From contig OZ374559.1 in NCBI GenBank assembly GCA_977862235.1, positions 2,852,001 to 2,916,000 on the forward strand: 64,000 bases of DNA, in the 5' to 3' direction. Under the pieces are notes generated by a model. The model was not told where the DNA came from. It made no database searches and was given only the letters and a program-made list of their open reading frames with translations. The position numbers and the translations under genes are program-made. This DNA comes from Dudresnaya verticillata (lineage: Eukaryota). Of this stretch, positions 1 to 11,204 are shown in pieces. The first letter of the stretch is position 1, and every line of letters begins with the position of its first letter.

Positions 1-586
1 TCCCTGTGCCCATGGGTCCACTCTTCGTCACAATTCTATTAGGGATCTCCTTTTTTCTCGTCTCCGTCACCCGTCTATCGGGCTTTCTGTCGCGAGAGAG
101 CAGTCCTTTCATCTACAGGACGATCTTCGACGATTGGACTTGGTGTTGGATGATCCCGCCTTTTCTGATTCATGCATTGGTTATGACCTTACTATTGTGG
201 CTCCCTCTAGTGCTCGCGCTGTGTCCAAGGCATCTGAAATTCCTGCAGGGGCCGCCCAAGTCGCTGAACGGGACAAGCATCGCAAGTACCGCACTGCTTG
301 TGCAGCACATTGTATTGCGTTTCAGCCGCTGGGATTCGACGTTCACGGGGGCATTGGCCCCGAATGCCGTAGCGCACTTCAAAAGCTCGCTGCTTTCCTG
401 GCCACGCGCCGGGGAACAAATCCTACTACTGAATACCATTCGTTAGTTTCACCACTGGTTTCCCGCATTCTCCAGCTCACCGCCCTCGCCGTGAACCGTC
501 GCCGTCCCGTTAGTCCAGGCCTTCCAGTAGTCATCAGCGGCTAAGCCATTAGGGTTTCCGCTGTTCGTCTTGCTTCAATAAAGCCG

Positions 587-624
<38 letters not shown>
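1..624 (+). mobile_element. 3' end of a CRE-like non-LTR retrotransposon (restriction-like endonuclease C-terminus, 3' UTR, microsatellite tail); truncated by the window edge
   Basis: ORF to 544 reads DLVLDD...GYDLTIVAP...ERDKHRKY...FQPLGFDVHGGIG...AVNRR, the PD-(D/E)xK RLE pattern of CRE-clade LINEs. AATAAA at 577-582 is followed by (GAT)12 at 588-623. Confidence 0.8.
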
Positions 625-1029
625 TTATATTATATATATATGTATAGAAAGCTGATGAGTAATACCAAAAGCTCTTGGTACCAGCCATAAGACCACAACC
701 TCTAACTGTAGTGATACGCGCGGGCACAGAAGTCATGAATTTCCTATCTTATCGCCGAAGTGCGATAGAAAGGCGCCATTGCCCTTGCTCTGGATTGCCG
801 TCCAATGTATGCGAACCTTAATCTGCAAAAAGTATTAAACGTTTAATACCACTATCGGCGGGCTTTACTTCGATCCAAATCTACAGCGAAGACGGCGCAG
901 CACCGGTTATCGAGTTTGGAATCTCCCAGTACTTATTTTGTTTTGCCTGCCTTCCTACTCTGCAAAAGGACCAGACTTTAATAACCTAAAATACACTTGA
1001 TGTATTTTATTTAGAAATCGATACTAACA

Positions 1030-2055
1030 TTACGCTGACTTCTGCAGCGCTTTTCTAACCTCCCGGAGTTTTGAAGAAATTATTTTTCGATCGGACTCCT
1101 GCGTCGCGAAGCCCAGTGCGTACATGTAATGTTGAGCGGCAGCTGCATAACTTTTGAAGCAAACCAGAAAATCACCAAGCATAGAAGACACTTCGCTCAT
1201 CCGCTCACCATTCATTGTATTCCAGCTGGTCGCGTAGGAAAAATACAAGATGCTTTGAGCTTTGCGAAGGCAAACGTGAACGATCTCTTCAATATTCGGC
1301 ACCAGGTTCTTGTTCAATCGCAGAGTAATCCAGTGACCCCGATCTGCCTCTGCTCCGCAGCCGTTCTCGGCCCGTTCTTGTGCCCGGTTACGTAAACAAA
1401 ATAGTACTGTGTTCATTTCTGCGAACACGATTAGCAACTCTGCGAATCCAGGGCTATCTATGTTGCCTGTCCGATGAGCTTCAAGGAGATCTGCAATGCC
1501 TTCTTCGGCCTGAAGAAGGGATTCGATGTCTCCAAAGTTGTGTCCAATGGGGCTTGATAGCAGAAAAAGGCGAACCGAATTTCGAAAGACGAGTGCCGCA
1601 TCTGTGCCGAGGGACATCCGAACAGCATCAACTTGGAGCCCATATCCTGTTACTTTAGGCCAGTCCATCAGGTCTTTCTGCACTGCATCAAAAATATGCT
1701 CGCGATCTTGTTCTGAGTCTTTCATCCACAGCAAGATATTAGGAAGTTCGTTTCGCGGTCCTTCTAATCGAACATCCTCAGAAACGTAAACTTGTTGCTG
1801 AACTTCTTTTGCCTCCGTCACAGTTTGTTGGCAGTCTTGCGTGGTCCCTGTGCAATTCTTCGTCGGAAGAGCATGAGATGCATCTGAGATTTGTATGCCA
1901 GGAGTCGTCACCCGTTTGTCTTCATTTTGGGCAGGGCGTTGACAGCCCGCAAGTGTTTGTTCGATTGCATCATGCCGTCCCATCGATTTTTCTATGTTCT
2001 GAAGGGCAGACGGCCCAGCATCGCGTAATGAGTTTGGAAGACTGCTGGTACCCAT
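1030..2055 (-). CDS. Uncharacterised 341-aa protein; disordered N-terminus, possible single TPR-like helix pair at the C-terminus
   Basis: Uninterrupted ATG-started ORF; the C-terminal MLGDFLVCFKSYAAAAQHYMYALG resembles a TPR helix. No family recognised. Confidence 0.55.
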   Translation of the reverse strand: MGTSSLPNSLRDAGPSALQNIEKSMGRHDAIEQTLAGCQRPAQNEDKRVTTPGIQISDASHALPTKNCTGTTQDCQQTVTEAKEVQQQVYVSEDVRLEGPRNELPNILLWMKDSEQDREHIFDAVQKDLMDWPKVTGYGLQVDAVRMSLGTDAALVFRNSVRLFLLSSPIGHNFGDIESLLQAEEGIADLLEAHRTGNIDSPGFAELLIVFAEMNTVLFCLRNRAQERAENGCGAEADRGHWITLRLNKNLVPNIEEIVHVCLRKAQSILYFSYATSWNTMNGERMSEVSSMLGDFLVCFKSYAAAAQHYMYALGFATQESDRKIISSKLREVRKALQKSA

Positions 2056-3228
2056 TTTGTTTTGCTGTTCGTAGAGGGAATTCTTCGACGCGTTGGTAAC
2101 TCGCTAGCGCAGTACGATGATAGCAGGAGAGACGGTGAGACAAGGTTGCAATGCGAGATGGGGAGAGTGATTCCGAACTATTTGGATTTCCCTACCGCTT
2201 AAATAATAAATAGCTATTGACCGACGCTGCTGCCCAACGCGAATGTTTTTGCGACTTCGAACAGCGCAAACAACAATAGGGAAGAATTATCCCATTTTAG
2301 TCACTTGAACATATTCAATTGTAGATATATTCATTTGAACAAGTACATTATCACATGTCCAGAAATGTCCTAACATATGAGGGCTGCGTACACAGACTAC
2401 ATGTGGAAAAAGGCGGAAGAGTTCTGAGGGTGAGAACGTACACATTTTTGGTATAACAGGTCACTCCTCTTGATACTCCGCACTCGGATTTTCTTCAACG
2501 TTGTCGATCGACTCTACCCCATACAGAATCCACGCCTTTTCCCAGAGCACTGCCAGAAATCTTGTGGTTGCCAACTCCAAAATGCCAATGCCAGGAGAAT
2601 GCAGAAAGCGAGATCGAGATGCCCATCCGGAAGAACGAGGCCGCAAGCAAGTGGAGCAGAAAGCGTTTGCGGCTTTCTGAGCCGAAACCAAACACGGACC
2701 TCTTGGCGGTCGCAATGGCGGTATTTCAGTTCATTAACACGTACCGGACTACAAAAACTTCATTAGCTCCGCTTCTTTGGGACGCTTCCCTGTACTCCAG
2801 GACATATGAGAACTGCACAAGGTTCTTGCGAAACGCCGAGAGGAACACACAAGAGGCCCTTTTACCTCTGGCTGTGAAATATTGTGGCAGTATTGTACTC
2901 TTTCAACCTGGGTAAGCTCTACATCACCATTTCCATGCATCAGGACTGTTCTATGTTACTAAGCATTCCCTAACATACATTATGAGCTCCATGTTCTTCT
3001 TCCCATCTAATATGTCTCGCAGATGCGAGCCGAGCAACCTTTCCAAAGCTATTTTCAACTTTCTCCTCAACAAATCTGACCGTATGGATGATATGCTGAG
3101 CTCAACCTTTAAGCTCGGCAGCGTGGCAGTACGCAGGAGTGCTGAAGGCAACATAGCAATCATGTTTACAGTCAGTGTTCTTCCAGCACCTCCGTATCCG
3201 GAGGTGAAGCCTCGAAACGGTTAGACGA

Positions 3229-3408
3229 ATGATGATGATACGGACCTTTACGCAACGTCAAGCAAAAAAAGATATCCGGGGCTTCAACAGGATTGCTCAG
3301 AAGGGGAGGCAAAAGAGTGCCACGGTTAACACTATTCGCCACGCATTGAACAACTAAAAATGTAAGGTGAGCCCAAAGGACAAGCTTTTCAGATGCAGGA
3401 CAGGTGCC
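3229..3408 (-). mobile_element. Distal half of a 5'-truncated CRE-like LINE interrupted by the gypsy element
   Basis: Joining 8954-8866 to the sequence left of 3404 (one TSD removed) gives MIVDTYGRIGHGFELGVRRIANFLAVKKGTCPASEKLVLWAHLTFLVVQCVANSVNR, homologous to the end of ORF 9672-10595. Ends TAAAGGTCCGT(ATC)n. Confidence 0.8.
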
Positions 3409-3790
3409 TGATGGGTACTGTGCGGCGCGGCGATCGCGTGCGTGCCCTGTGGCGACCGGAGCCCGGTTGGCACTGTAGGGATCTGGGAGGAGGCGCTCGG
3501 GCGCTGGCAAGTCTGGTGGGCACCGTGCTGGTTGCCCCCACTCCTCGACTGGAGTGGAGCAGGTTTATGTAGGCCTTCTGTCAAGGCGGGAGCCGCTCGA
3601 ACCCGCCGTCGGCCCTCGCCCGCGCCGCGCTGGCGTGCAAACAGCTTCCCGCGATTATTGTCGCATAATTGCGCCAAATCATGCGTCCTATCTTGACTGA
3701 CGGGTTTGCTATCATACCAGATGATCTGGCTGCCATCTAACGTTGTCTGCGTCAACTACAGTGCCCGCTGTGTGCCACAGCGGGATAACA
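3409..3790 (-). repeat. 3' LTR (382 bp)
   Basis: Matches 8484-8865 except for one substitution seen (GACTGACGGG vs GACTGAAGGG). Confidence 0.97.
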
Positions 3791-3841
3791 GCCCCCCACA
3801 GCCAGTGATGTATACACTGAGCTGGTTGTAGGATGATAAAT

Positions 3842-5295
3842 CTAGCAGTGCTTGGCGATTCGCTTCTGCCTAGCCGTGCCATTGTCTTTGATGTCTGCCA
3901 GGAAATCTGTAACCAAGGCAGGGACGTCTTCTTGCATGACGGGAAATGCCTCCCAGGCCGGCCCCTCGTCGGTGAAACCTTTCCATTAGACGAGGAGCTG
4001 GGTTTCTCCCTCGTGAATCCTTATGTCCAGGATCTTGTCTACAACACAGTACTCGCCGTCTTGAAAAGCAAGCTGCTCCAGGACCTCGGTCGTGACGTCC
4101 AAGTCTTCGTTGCGGAAGAACTTGAGACGCGTGCCATGGACGGTAGATTTCTTCGTAGACCTCAGGTCTTCTACTTGGAAGAGGAAATCCGAAAGAACCT
4201 TGGTATCCCTGTATGGTCCTCGCCAGCGGAACGAGAGCTTCCTAGTAAATGTCTTCTCAGTGCTTCTTCTTAGTACAAAGTCTCCGATGTCGAAGTTGCA
4301 CCTCCGCACTCGCGTGCGAGCATTGTGCTTGTCTACGCGCGCTTCACGAGCCTTTGTAGATCGCTCGGTCACTTCTCGATGCATGTGATCCAGGCCGCGC
4401 GTCAACTCCTCAATCTTAATGACTTGCTTAATTCGTATCTCTTCTATGTCCAGCATTTGGATCTCTCCCCTTACTTCTGTCTTGATTGCTCTTAAGGGTG
4501 TATCCGCTGGCAGGCCAGTGAATGCCGTGAGCGGGCATCTGCCTCCAAGGCAGGCCAGAGGCGTGTTGTTTAGGACTGCTTGCACAAGTGGCAGCACGGA
4601 CGGCCACGACTTGAAAGGTATTTGGAACTCAGACGTGAGGGCTCTAAGAACGCGCATAAGTTCCCGGCAAACCACCTCTATTGTACCATTAGTCCATGGA
4701 CAGTATGGGAGTGTGAAGTGGTGAGAGCTTCGCAGCTTCTCGCTGAGTCCTGCTACGACTTCGTTCTTGAAATGGGGTCCCCGGTCGGATACCCACTGTA
4801 GGACGACCCCGAATGAGGAGAACCATTCCATCAGGGCGTCCACTGTCGACGAGGCGTCTGCGGCCTCGAAAGGGAAAAAGCCAAACGAAGGAGCTAAAGT
4901 CGTCCTTCAGGATCAGCACGTACAGAAACGCCTTGTCGCTCTTGCCAATGTAGCAGAAGTCGAAGAGCAAGATCTTGTTAGGACCGTCGGCATGTAGACT
5001 GTGCCCTATGGGTCTCGGGATTGTCCTTCCTGACGCGGTGCAGAGGCAATGCAGGCACGTTTTCACGAATGCCTCCACGTCCTTAGCCATTGACGTCCAG
5101 CGGAAGTGTTCGCGCACGATTGCCGGTGTGTGCGGCGATGAGCACACGTAAGCGCAGCAGACCGCTGTCTACGGGAAGCCAGAAGACACCTCCATTGTCT
5201 TGGATTATTCCATCTTTCTCGCTGAAACCATGCAGCGATTGTTCTGTTGTTTCCTTCTGAGCCTTAGCGAAGTCGTTGCGAGTTGGCCAGTCATA
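3842..5295 (-). pseudogene. Gypsy integrase plus chromodomain, disrupted
   Basis: Zinc-binding CLHC; DDE core (FDFC...SDRGPHF...NGTIE); GPY motif; chromodomain YCVVDKILDIRIHEGETQLLV*WKGFTDEGPAWE. Frameshifts near 5140 and 4875, stop at 3986-3988. Confidence 0.9.
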
Positions 5296-7575
5296 CTATT
5301 CGTTAGTATCGGGAGTAATTGGGGCGTAGAACAGACTGGCTATCTTGACCGACTTCACTCTGTCTCTGGGCTTGACGGCCCAGCGCGTTAGTATGTCCGC
5401 CCATACGTTTTGCTCGCCAGGGAGGTGCTCGATGACGTATCGATAGGCGCTCAGCTTGAGCGCCCATCGCATGAGCTTGTTCGCTGTGTGCCGGCTCATA
5501 CCTGGGTTCCTTCCGTACGCGTCGAAGATGTACACCAGGTTGGCATGGTCCGTGAACAATGAGATCTCACCTGCCGCTGTGAAGTGGTCGAGTCTTGTCA
5601 TAGATTCTACGACCGAGAATGCTTCCTTCTCTACTATACTCCAGTTGGCTGCAGCGCCTGTAAAGGATCCAGATAGGAAGGCTAAGGGCTCGTGATCCTG
5701 CTCCTCGACGTCCAAATCCATCTGTTGGTGTGGTATCTGCGTTAGTACAGACGCCCAGTGGGTCTCGGAGGCGTCGGTGAAGAGGCAAAGCATATGGCTT
5801 GACTTAGGATATGCGAGCTTGATTGACTGGACTATGTGAGATTGAATCTGACTGAAGGCAGAGTTGTGTGTAGCCCCCCATAGTGCAGACAGTGATATGT
5901 TCTTCACTGCTTTCTTGGTTCGCTTCTTTGCCTTGCCGTAGCAAATCTCCATCTGGTCGTGAAGCGGTGCGATTGTCTTAGAGTACTCGGGGATACTCTT
6001 GCGCATCCAGTTCGTAGCGCACAAGAACTGTTGGAGGTCCGAAGCGAATTCTGGCTTTCGCATGCCCAGGATGGTGTGTAGTTCCCGTGGGCTAGAGCGA
6101 ACACCTGTCTCATCTATTACACGCCCACAGAAGCTTGCTTCCTTCACGAAGAGTTCGCACTTCTTGGCATGCAGCTTGAGGTTGTACTTGAGACACTGCT
6201 TGAAGAACAACAGCAGGGCTTCCAGTAGCTCCTTCTCGTGTTTGGCGTCGAGCAGGAAGTCGTCCAACCACTGAATGATCTTCTTGATGCACTCGACAAA
6301 GATGTGAGATGTCACGCACTGCAAATGGTTTCCGGCGTCCGTCTGCCCTTGTAAGAGGCGAAAGGGAGTGTGCACCCCGAGCGGTGTCTGGATAGACATG
6401 CATTCTTGTGACTCTTCGTGAAGCGGGATCTGCCAGTACGCATGGCACATGTCCAGCTTTGCGAAGCACTTGCTGCCTGCAGTTGTCTGTATCATATGGT
6501 CGAGGTCAGGCATAGATGATACGATTGGGATCGTTTCCCGGTTGGGTGCCCGTAGGTCTACTGTGAAGCGGAACTTGTCGGACCCTGGCTTTGGGACCGC
6601 GAGGGCAGGGCTTGCCCATCTTGCTTGGGAGTTGCTACGAATGGCCCCCACGGATTTGATCTCACGAACGGCTGTAGAGATGAAGGCGTGCTGTTTGGGA
6701 GTGTACCTTCGCTGCTTGGCTCTGACAGGTCGGTGGTTAGGCTTGAGCTTGATCCTGAGCGGCTCCACCTTGGCCGGTGGGTCTGCCCCCAGGTTAATCC
6801 GGAAGATGTCCCTGTACTCGTCGAGCATCCGTTTAGCTGTTGCTAGCCCTTCTGCTGACATCCCGTTGTCCTTCGCAGACGTCAGCATACTTCTAAATGC
6901 TTCCTGGATGTCTTCTTCCTTGTCTGTTCCGATGTTGGCCCCTGCAGAGGGCGGCAGTTCGATCGGATCTTCCTCAGCCTGGTCGTACCACAGGCCGGTG
7001 TATGGGGCGAACGCTGCGGTCTTGGCTGAGTTACTGGAGGCCTCGAAGTCGTCTTCAGTACGGCTCATGAGATCGCTGATGCCCGCTTCGTCGTACTTGT
7101 CTCGTACCTTCTGCAAATGTGACTCTAAGTTGAAGCCTAGGCACTTGAGAAGCGGACGTCCTAGCAGGACCTCATCCATGTCTTGGTCGATGATCAGGAA
7201 CTCCACTTTGCGCAGTCGGAGCGGCCCACATGGCAAGCAGACAGTGATGTTGAAAAGAGCCTTCGCAGACGCGGTGATTGTACCTTGCTTCAGCTCGACT
7301 GCGGGAGATTGGTTGATCGGTGTGTCGAACGTCACAACCTCCACAGCCTTGCCAGCCTGCTGGAGCAGCTTCACGATCCGTTTAGGGAGAGCAGACTTGT
7401 CTGCACCGTAGTCGCCTAGGGCAATCACTTCGACTGATTCGTGCAGCAAAGCCTTCCAGCGTCCATCTCCAAGTGCACCCCTTGAGATAGCGGCTACCTT
7501 AGCCTTCTTCTTCTCATCGTAGAACGCATCCAGCAGCCTTTTCTTCTCGTCTGGGCTGGTCATGTCGCAGTCCAT
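5296..7575 (-). CDS. pol: Gypsy pol: aspartic protease, reverse transcriptase, RNase H (premature TAG before integrase)
   Basis: LGDYGAD (PR); FRFTVDLR, LDMCHAYWQ, WLDD (RT); TDAS...EKEAF...TDH...ADILTR (RH). Confidence 0.93.
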   Translation of the reverse strand: MDCDMTSPDEKKRLLDAFYDEKKKAKVAAISRGALGDGRWKALLHESVEVIALGDYGADKSALPKRIVKLLQQAGKAVEVVTFDTPINQSPAVELKQGTITASAKALFNITVCLPCGPLRLRKVEFLIIDQDMDEVLLGRPLLKCLGFNLESHLQKVRDKYDEAGISDLMSRTEDDFEASSNSAKTAAFAPYTGLWYDQAEEDPIELPPSAGANIGTDKEEDIQEAFRSMLTSAKDNGMSAEGLATAKRMLDEYRDIFRINLGADPPAKVEPLRIKLKPNHRPVRAKQRRYTPKQHAFISTAVREIKSVGAIRSNSQARWASPALAVPKPGSDKFRFTVDLRAPNRETIPIVSSMPDLDHMIQTTAGSKCFAKLDMCHAYWQIPLHEESQECMSIQTPLGVHTPFRLLQGQTDAGNHLQCVTSHIFVECIKKIIQWLDDFLLDAKHEKELLEALLLFFKQCLKYNLKLHAKKCELFVKEASFCGRVIDETGVRSSPRELHTILGMRKPEFASDLQQFLCATNWMRKSIPEYSKTIAPLHDQMEICYGKAKKRTKKAVKNISLSALWGATHNSAFSQIQSHIVQSIKLAYPKSSHMLCLFTDASETHWASVLTQIPHQQMDLDVEEQDHEPLAFLSGSFTGAAANWSIVEKEAFSVVESMTRLDHFTAAGEISLFTDHANLVYIFDAYGRNPGMSRHTANKLMRWALKLSAYRYVIEHLPGEQNVWADILTRWAVKPRDRVKSVKIASLFYAPITPDTNE

Positions 7576-7604
7576 GACTCGATGATGCTTGTGGAAGGCC
7601 TTGT

Positions 7605-8414
7605 TCAGGCACGGCTCTGACCACTCGATTTTTTGCGTTTCTTCTTCCTCTTCGAAGCGTCGCTGCTGTCTGCATCCTTGGAGGTGCTAGGGTTCTTTTC
7701 TCGGCTTTTGTCATTGTTGTTTCCGTGCTCGCTCTTGTCTTTTCGAGCCTTCTTCGGGTTGATGTCTTTGCCCCGGCCTCCGTTGTTGCTCGGAGGGCTT
7801 TCTTTTTCTGCGTACGTAGCGATGTCGACGTACGTCGCGGTGACCTGTTCAAGGAAGTGGTGGAAGCTTCTCTTGTCTTCTTCCTTCCAGTACTTCATGC
7901 TCGACTTGACCTTGTCGCGCAGGAGTCGCGGCTCCAACTTCGGGACGAGCTGTTGGATGAGGGCTTTCGGTGCCTCGGTGATGACCTGTGCCGCTCGGTT
8001 CCTCTGCAGCTCGGTTGTCACTGAGGTGAAGAACTGCAGTGCGGCACCTTGGGGGTCGGAGCTCTTTGGCTTGAACTTTACCCGGTCCAGTGTGTTGGAC
8101 ACCTGGTTGTCGATGTCTTTGTGTGAGACACGGCAACGCGCCTCCAGCCATGTGTTCACTTGCTCGTCGGTGAGCGTTGCGGTAGAAGTGACGCCGGGGA
8201 AAGCCTGGCACAGGATCATCGATGTGAGTAGCTCGGGATCCATGCACGACTTGAGGCCTGCCGGCGGTATGCGTTGCGCCGGTGTCCGAGAGCGGTTGAA
8301 CTCCTCGACTTTGCCCTTGTAGGCGCGGTACTTTATCTTGAACGCGAGAAGCTCCTCTCCCATCACTGACTTGAGTTGCGGCGCCGTAATCCACGAAATA
8401 GTAGCGCCTGCCAT
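7605..8414 (-). CDS. gag: Gypsy gag
   Basis: ORF directly downstream of the 5' LTR starting MAGATISW, with a basic C-terminus; position upstream of pol. Confidence 0.8.
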   Translation of the reverse strand: MAGATISWITAPQLKSVMGEELLAFKIKYRAYKGKVEEFNRSRTPAQRIPPAGLKSCMDPELLTSMILCQAFPGVTSTATLTDEQVNTWLEARCRVSHKDIDNQVSNTLDRVKFKPKSSDPQGAALQFFTSVTTELQRNRAAQVITEAPKALIQQLVPKLEPRLLRDKVKSSMKYWKEEDKRSFHHFLEQVTATYVDIATYAEKESPPSNNGGRGKDINPKKARKDKSEHGNNNDKSREKNPSTSKDADSSDASKRKKKRKKSSGQSRA

Positions 8415-8483
8415 GTTGTGTTGGGCGGTGCCCGCCGTACCACGCGCGTCGCTCAGTAGTGCTCTTCGAAGAACAAAGCGCTT

Positions 8484-8865
8484 TGATGGGTACTGTGCGG
8501 CGCGGCGATCGCGTGCGTGCCCTGTGGCGACCGGAGCCCGGTTGGCACTGTAGGGATCTGGGAGGAGGCGCTCGGGCGCTGGCAAGTCTGGTGGGCACCG
8601 TGCTGGTTGCCCCCACTCCTCGACTGGAGTGGAGCAGGTTTATGTAGGCCTTCTGTCAAGGCGGGAGCCGCTCGAACCCGCCGTCGGCCCTCGCCCGCGC
8701 CGCGCTGGCGTGCAAACAGCTTCCCGCGATTATTGTCGCATAATTGCGCCAAATCATGCGTCCTATCTTGACTGAAGGGTTTGCTATCATACCAGATGAT
8801 CTGGCTGCCATCTAACGTTGTCTGCGTCAACTACAGTGCCCGCTGTGTGCCACAGCGGGATAACA
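8484..8865 (-). repeat. 5' LTR (382 bp)
   Basis: Direct repeat of 3409-3790; contains the hairpin CCCGCTGTG-tgc-CACAGCGGG near its outer end. Confidence 0.97.
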
Positions 8866-8954
8866 GTGCCCTTCTTCACGGCAAGGAAGTTTGCAATGCG
8901 CCGCACGCCAAGTTCAAACCCGTGGCCAATTCGGCCATAGGTGTCGACAATCAT
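8866..8954 (-). mobile_element. Proximal half of the CRE-like LINE fragment split by the gypsy insertion
   Basis: Encodes MIVDTYGRIGHGFELGVRRIANFLAVKKG and continues in frame on the far side of the gypsy element. Confidence 0.8.
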
Positions 8955-9113
8955 GAGTGTGCTAGGATGGAATTCCTGGTAGGTGACGCTTAGCCCTTAT
9001 ACACCGCTAGGGTCAGTTTACTTCTCCTGAAGTTATTTGACTCGTTGAGTTAATATTTAATCAAGCTGGTTGAGTAAAGAAGTCCTGTCTGATAGAGGCA
9101 TCTGCATCGGAAC

Positions 9114-9215
9114 TCTAAAGTCTTGTTCTTGGTCTTTGCTCGCGATTGCAACAAGGTTCCCCTTCTAAAGTCTTTTTCTTGGTCTTTGCTCGCCATTGCA
9201 ACATGGTTCCCCTTC
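9114..9215. repeat. Two-copy 50-bp tandem duplication
   Basis: TCTAAAGTCTT.TTCTTGGTCTTTGCTCGC.ATTGCAACA.GGTTCCCCT occurs twice with about 3 mismatches. Confidence 0.85.
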
Positions 9216-9617
9216 CAAGACATCGCCACACACATACCCTCAACCGATGAAGACGCTGCTCATCAATTGCATTAGGCGTCCGCAGCAAGACTCAGACTGG
9301 AGTTAGCCTGCCGATGTTTAGCCAAGAAACAGGCCATCCTCTGCCTCCCGCCGTCCGGCTCTGGTCATCGAGAGAGGAAACTGTCCAGACATTTAAATTC
9401 CATCCCCAGAGAATGACACTTTATTATAAGCGTTAGTGATGAAAGGGAGGATTAACTTTTCTCAAGAATAGCTGGAAGCCCCATAAGGGAGCCTAAGGCT
9501 GTCAGTCAAAAGAGCGGAGGACAACTTGCGTCAGTCGACGCTGCGAGGAACACATTGGAGACCAAGAGACTTAAGACAATTAGAGTGACGCCCGTATTGT
9601 CATTCGAACGGGGTAAA

Positions 9618-10899
9618 CATCACTTTACGAAAGCATGAAGCTAGAGCATCCCTACTGGATACTCATAAGCACTACATAGGAGGCAAATCTGCAGGATTAA
9701 AGTTGCGACGATTGACGCTGACGGCGACAAACTGAGTAACAAACGAGACAAGACGATTCAAGAGAGCATGTTTCTCAGCAAGCGGGCAAGTGCCTTTCTT
9801 TTCGGCAAGGAAGTTGGCGAAGACTTGAGCGCCGATGTCGAGGCCAGCACCGGTGCGCCCATATATATCAATGACCATCGGGTGTAGCTCAATGTCATAT
9901 TGATCACAAACAGTGCGGTAATAGTTACGTTTCGCCCTCTCGTGGGCAAGGATGGCCTGACCACGACGCGACCGGTTCTGCCCGGCAGTGAATGGGGACT
10001 CCAAAGGACTCACAACAGAGACATCGAACGCTTGTGCTTTACGGGAAAAGCTGCGATCGTCCACGTAGATGTCTAGGCGAAGCGGGTCGCGGGTGGGGTC
10101 AGAGGGATCGACAACGGGCTCTTCCAGGCGAAGTTGGACGCCATGATGAAGCGCAACAGTACGAATATAAGCAGCGAATTTGTCTCGAAGGCCATGTTGG
10201 CAACGGATAGACCCTTCGAGAGCGCCACAGACGGTGGCATGGTGCCCATAGCGGTTGAGCAGAGGGATAGAGGAGCAGGTGTCAGCTGCGCAGCGGGAGC
10301 ATGGGAGGCCGCCATCGAACAACGGGAGACCGAGACGAAGGCGGACCGTGATCTTCCAGATCTCGGACTCGACGCGAAGGTCACTCCCGTGAAAAGGGAT
10401 AGTGCTGAATGGGCGAGCAGAGTTTGAGGTACCAGTAGATTGGAGTCGTAGACGAGTGCGAATGTCGGCAGCATCGTGAGAGGCAGGCGTCAGGGTAGAG
10501 AGCTTATCAAGCAGGAGCCGGTTGGTTAAGTCGTGTTGTAGGGCGTACGTGGGCTGGAAGGCAGTGGATAAACCGCGAGCCAGTAGCGAGTCCATGGAAA
10601 TAGGGTGCGGCAGATGACGAGAGGGATAAAATGCTCTGTTCGCGTCGTAAAGGAGCAGAGAGGATAGTACGAGCGCTAAAACCGGAAACGCCGAGTAGAG
10701 CAGTGATAGTCGGCAATCAGGCGAGAACGGAACTCAGAAAAGCAACATCCGGCAACCATGAAGTATGCGTGAGACCTAAACCGCCTTGGCGCAGCGGGAG
10801 ACCGGCCAATTCCCAAGCACTGTTGGTCAGCCCCATGCGTTTCGAGCGGTAACGGCTAATCTGAGTTCCTACGAGATGGTTATGTTTCAAGGCATGCAA
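9618..10899 (-). mobile_element. 5'-truncated, decayed CRE-like LINE (RT thumb, CCHC zinc finger, RLE)
   Basis: GLPLRQGGLGL; RLRLGLPL...CSRC...HHATVC; RLDIYVDD...AFDVSVVSP...ERAKRNYY...HPMVIDIYG. Stop and frameshift at 10595-10720. Confidence 0.88.
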
Positions 10900-10934
10900 G
10901 CTGACGTTACTGCTAGGATTTTCATACTTCGGTT

Positions 10935-11068
10935 ATTCTCCAGCTCACCGCACTCGCCGTGAATCGTCGCCGTCCCGTTAGTCCAGGCCTTCCAGTAGTC
11001 ATCAGCGGCTAAGTCATTAGGGTTTCCGCTGTTCGTCTTGCTTCATTAAAGTTGTGATGATGATGATG
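10935..11068 (+). mobile_element. About 135-bp 5'-truncated copy of the LINE at 1-624
   Basis: Near-identical to 468-601, ending in a (GAT)n tail. Confidence 0.9.
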
Positions 11069-11204
11069 TCATTAGCGGCTGCTTTATTGCTATTGACGGC
11101 CTCGAACTACGTCTATCATAACTGGAACCTTAATTCGCTTCTAAATATTCGATAACGGGAGATTCCTGTTTGACCATCAAACAAACTCGATCCACAATTA
11201 ACTC

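Larger units (their letters stand above)
3409..8865 (-). mobile_element. Full-length Ty3/gypsy LTR retrotransposon (chromovirus-type), coding region defective
   Basis: TG...CA LTRs at 3409-3790 and 8484-8865; GTGCC TSD at 3404-3408 and 8866-8870; PPT (minus strand GTGGGGGGC) at 3791-3799; domain order gag-PR-RT-RH-IN-chromodomain. Confidence 0.97.

Noticed and set aside
6449..8322. Long + strand ORFs (320 aa, 229 aa)
   Set aside because: Antisense shadows of gypsy pol and gag.
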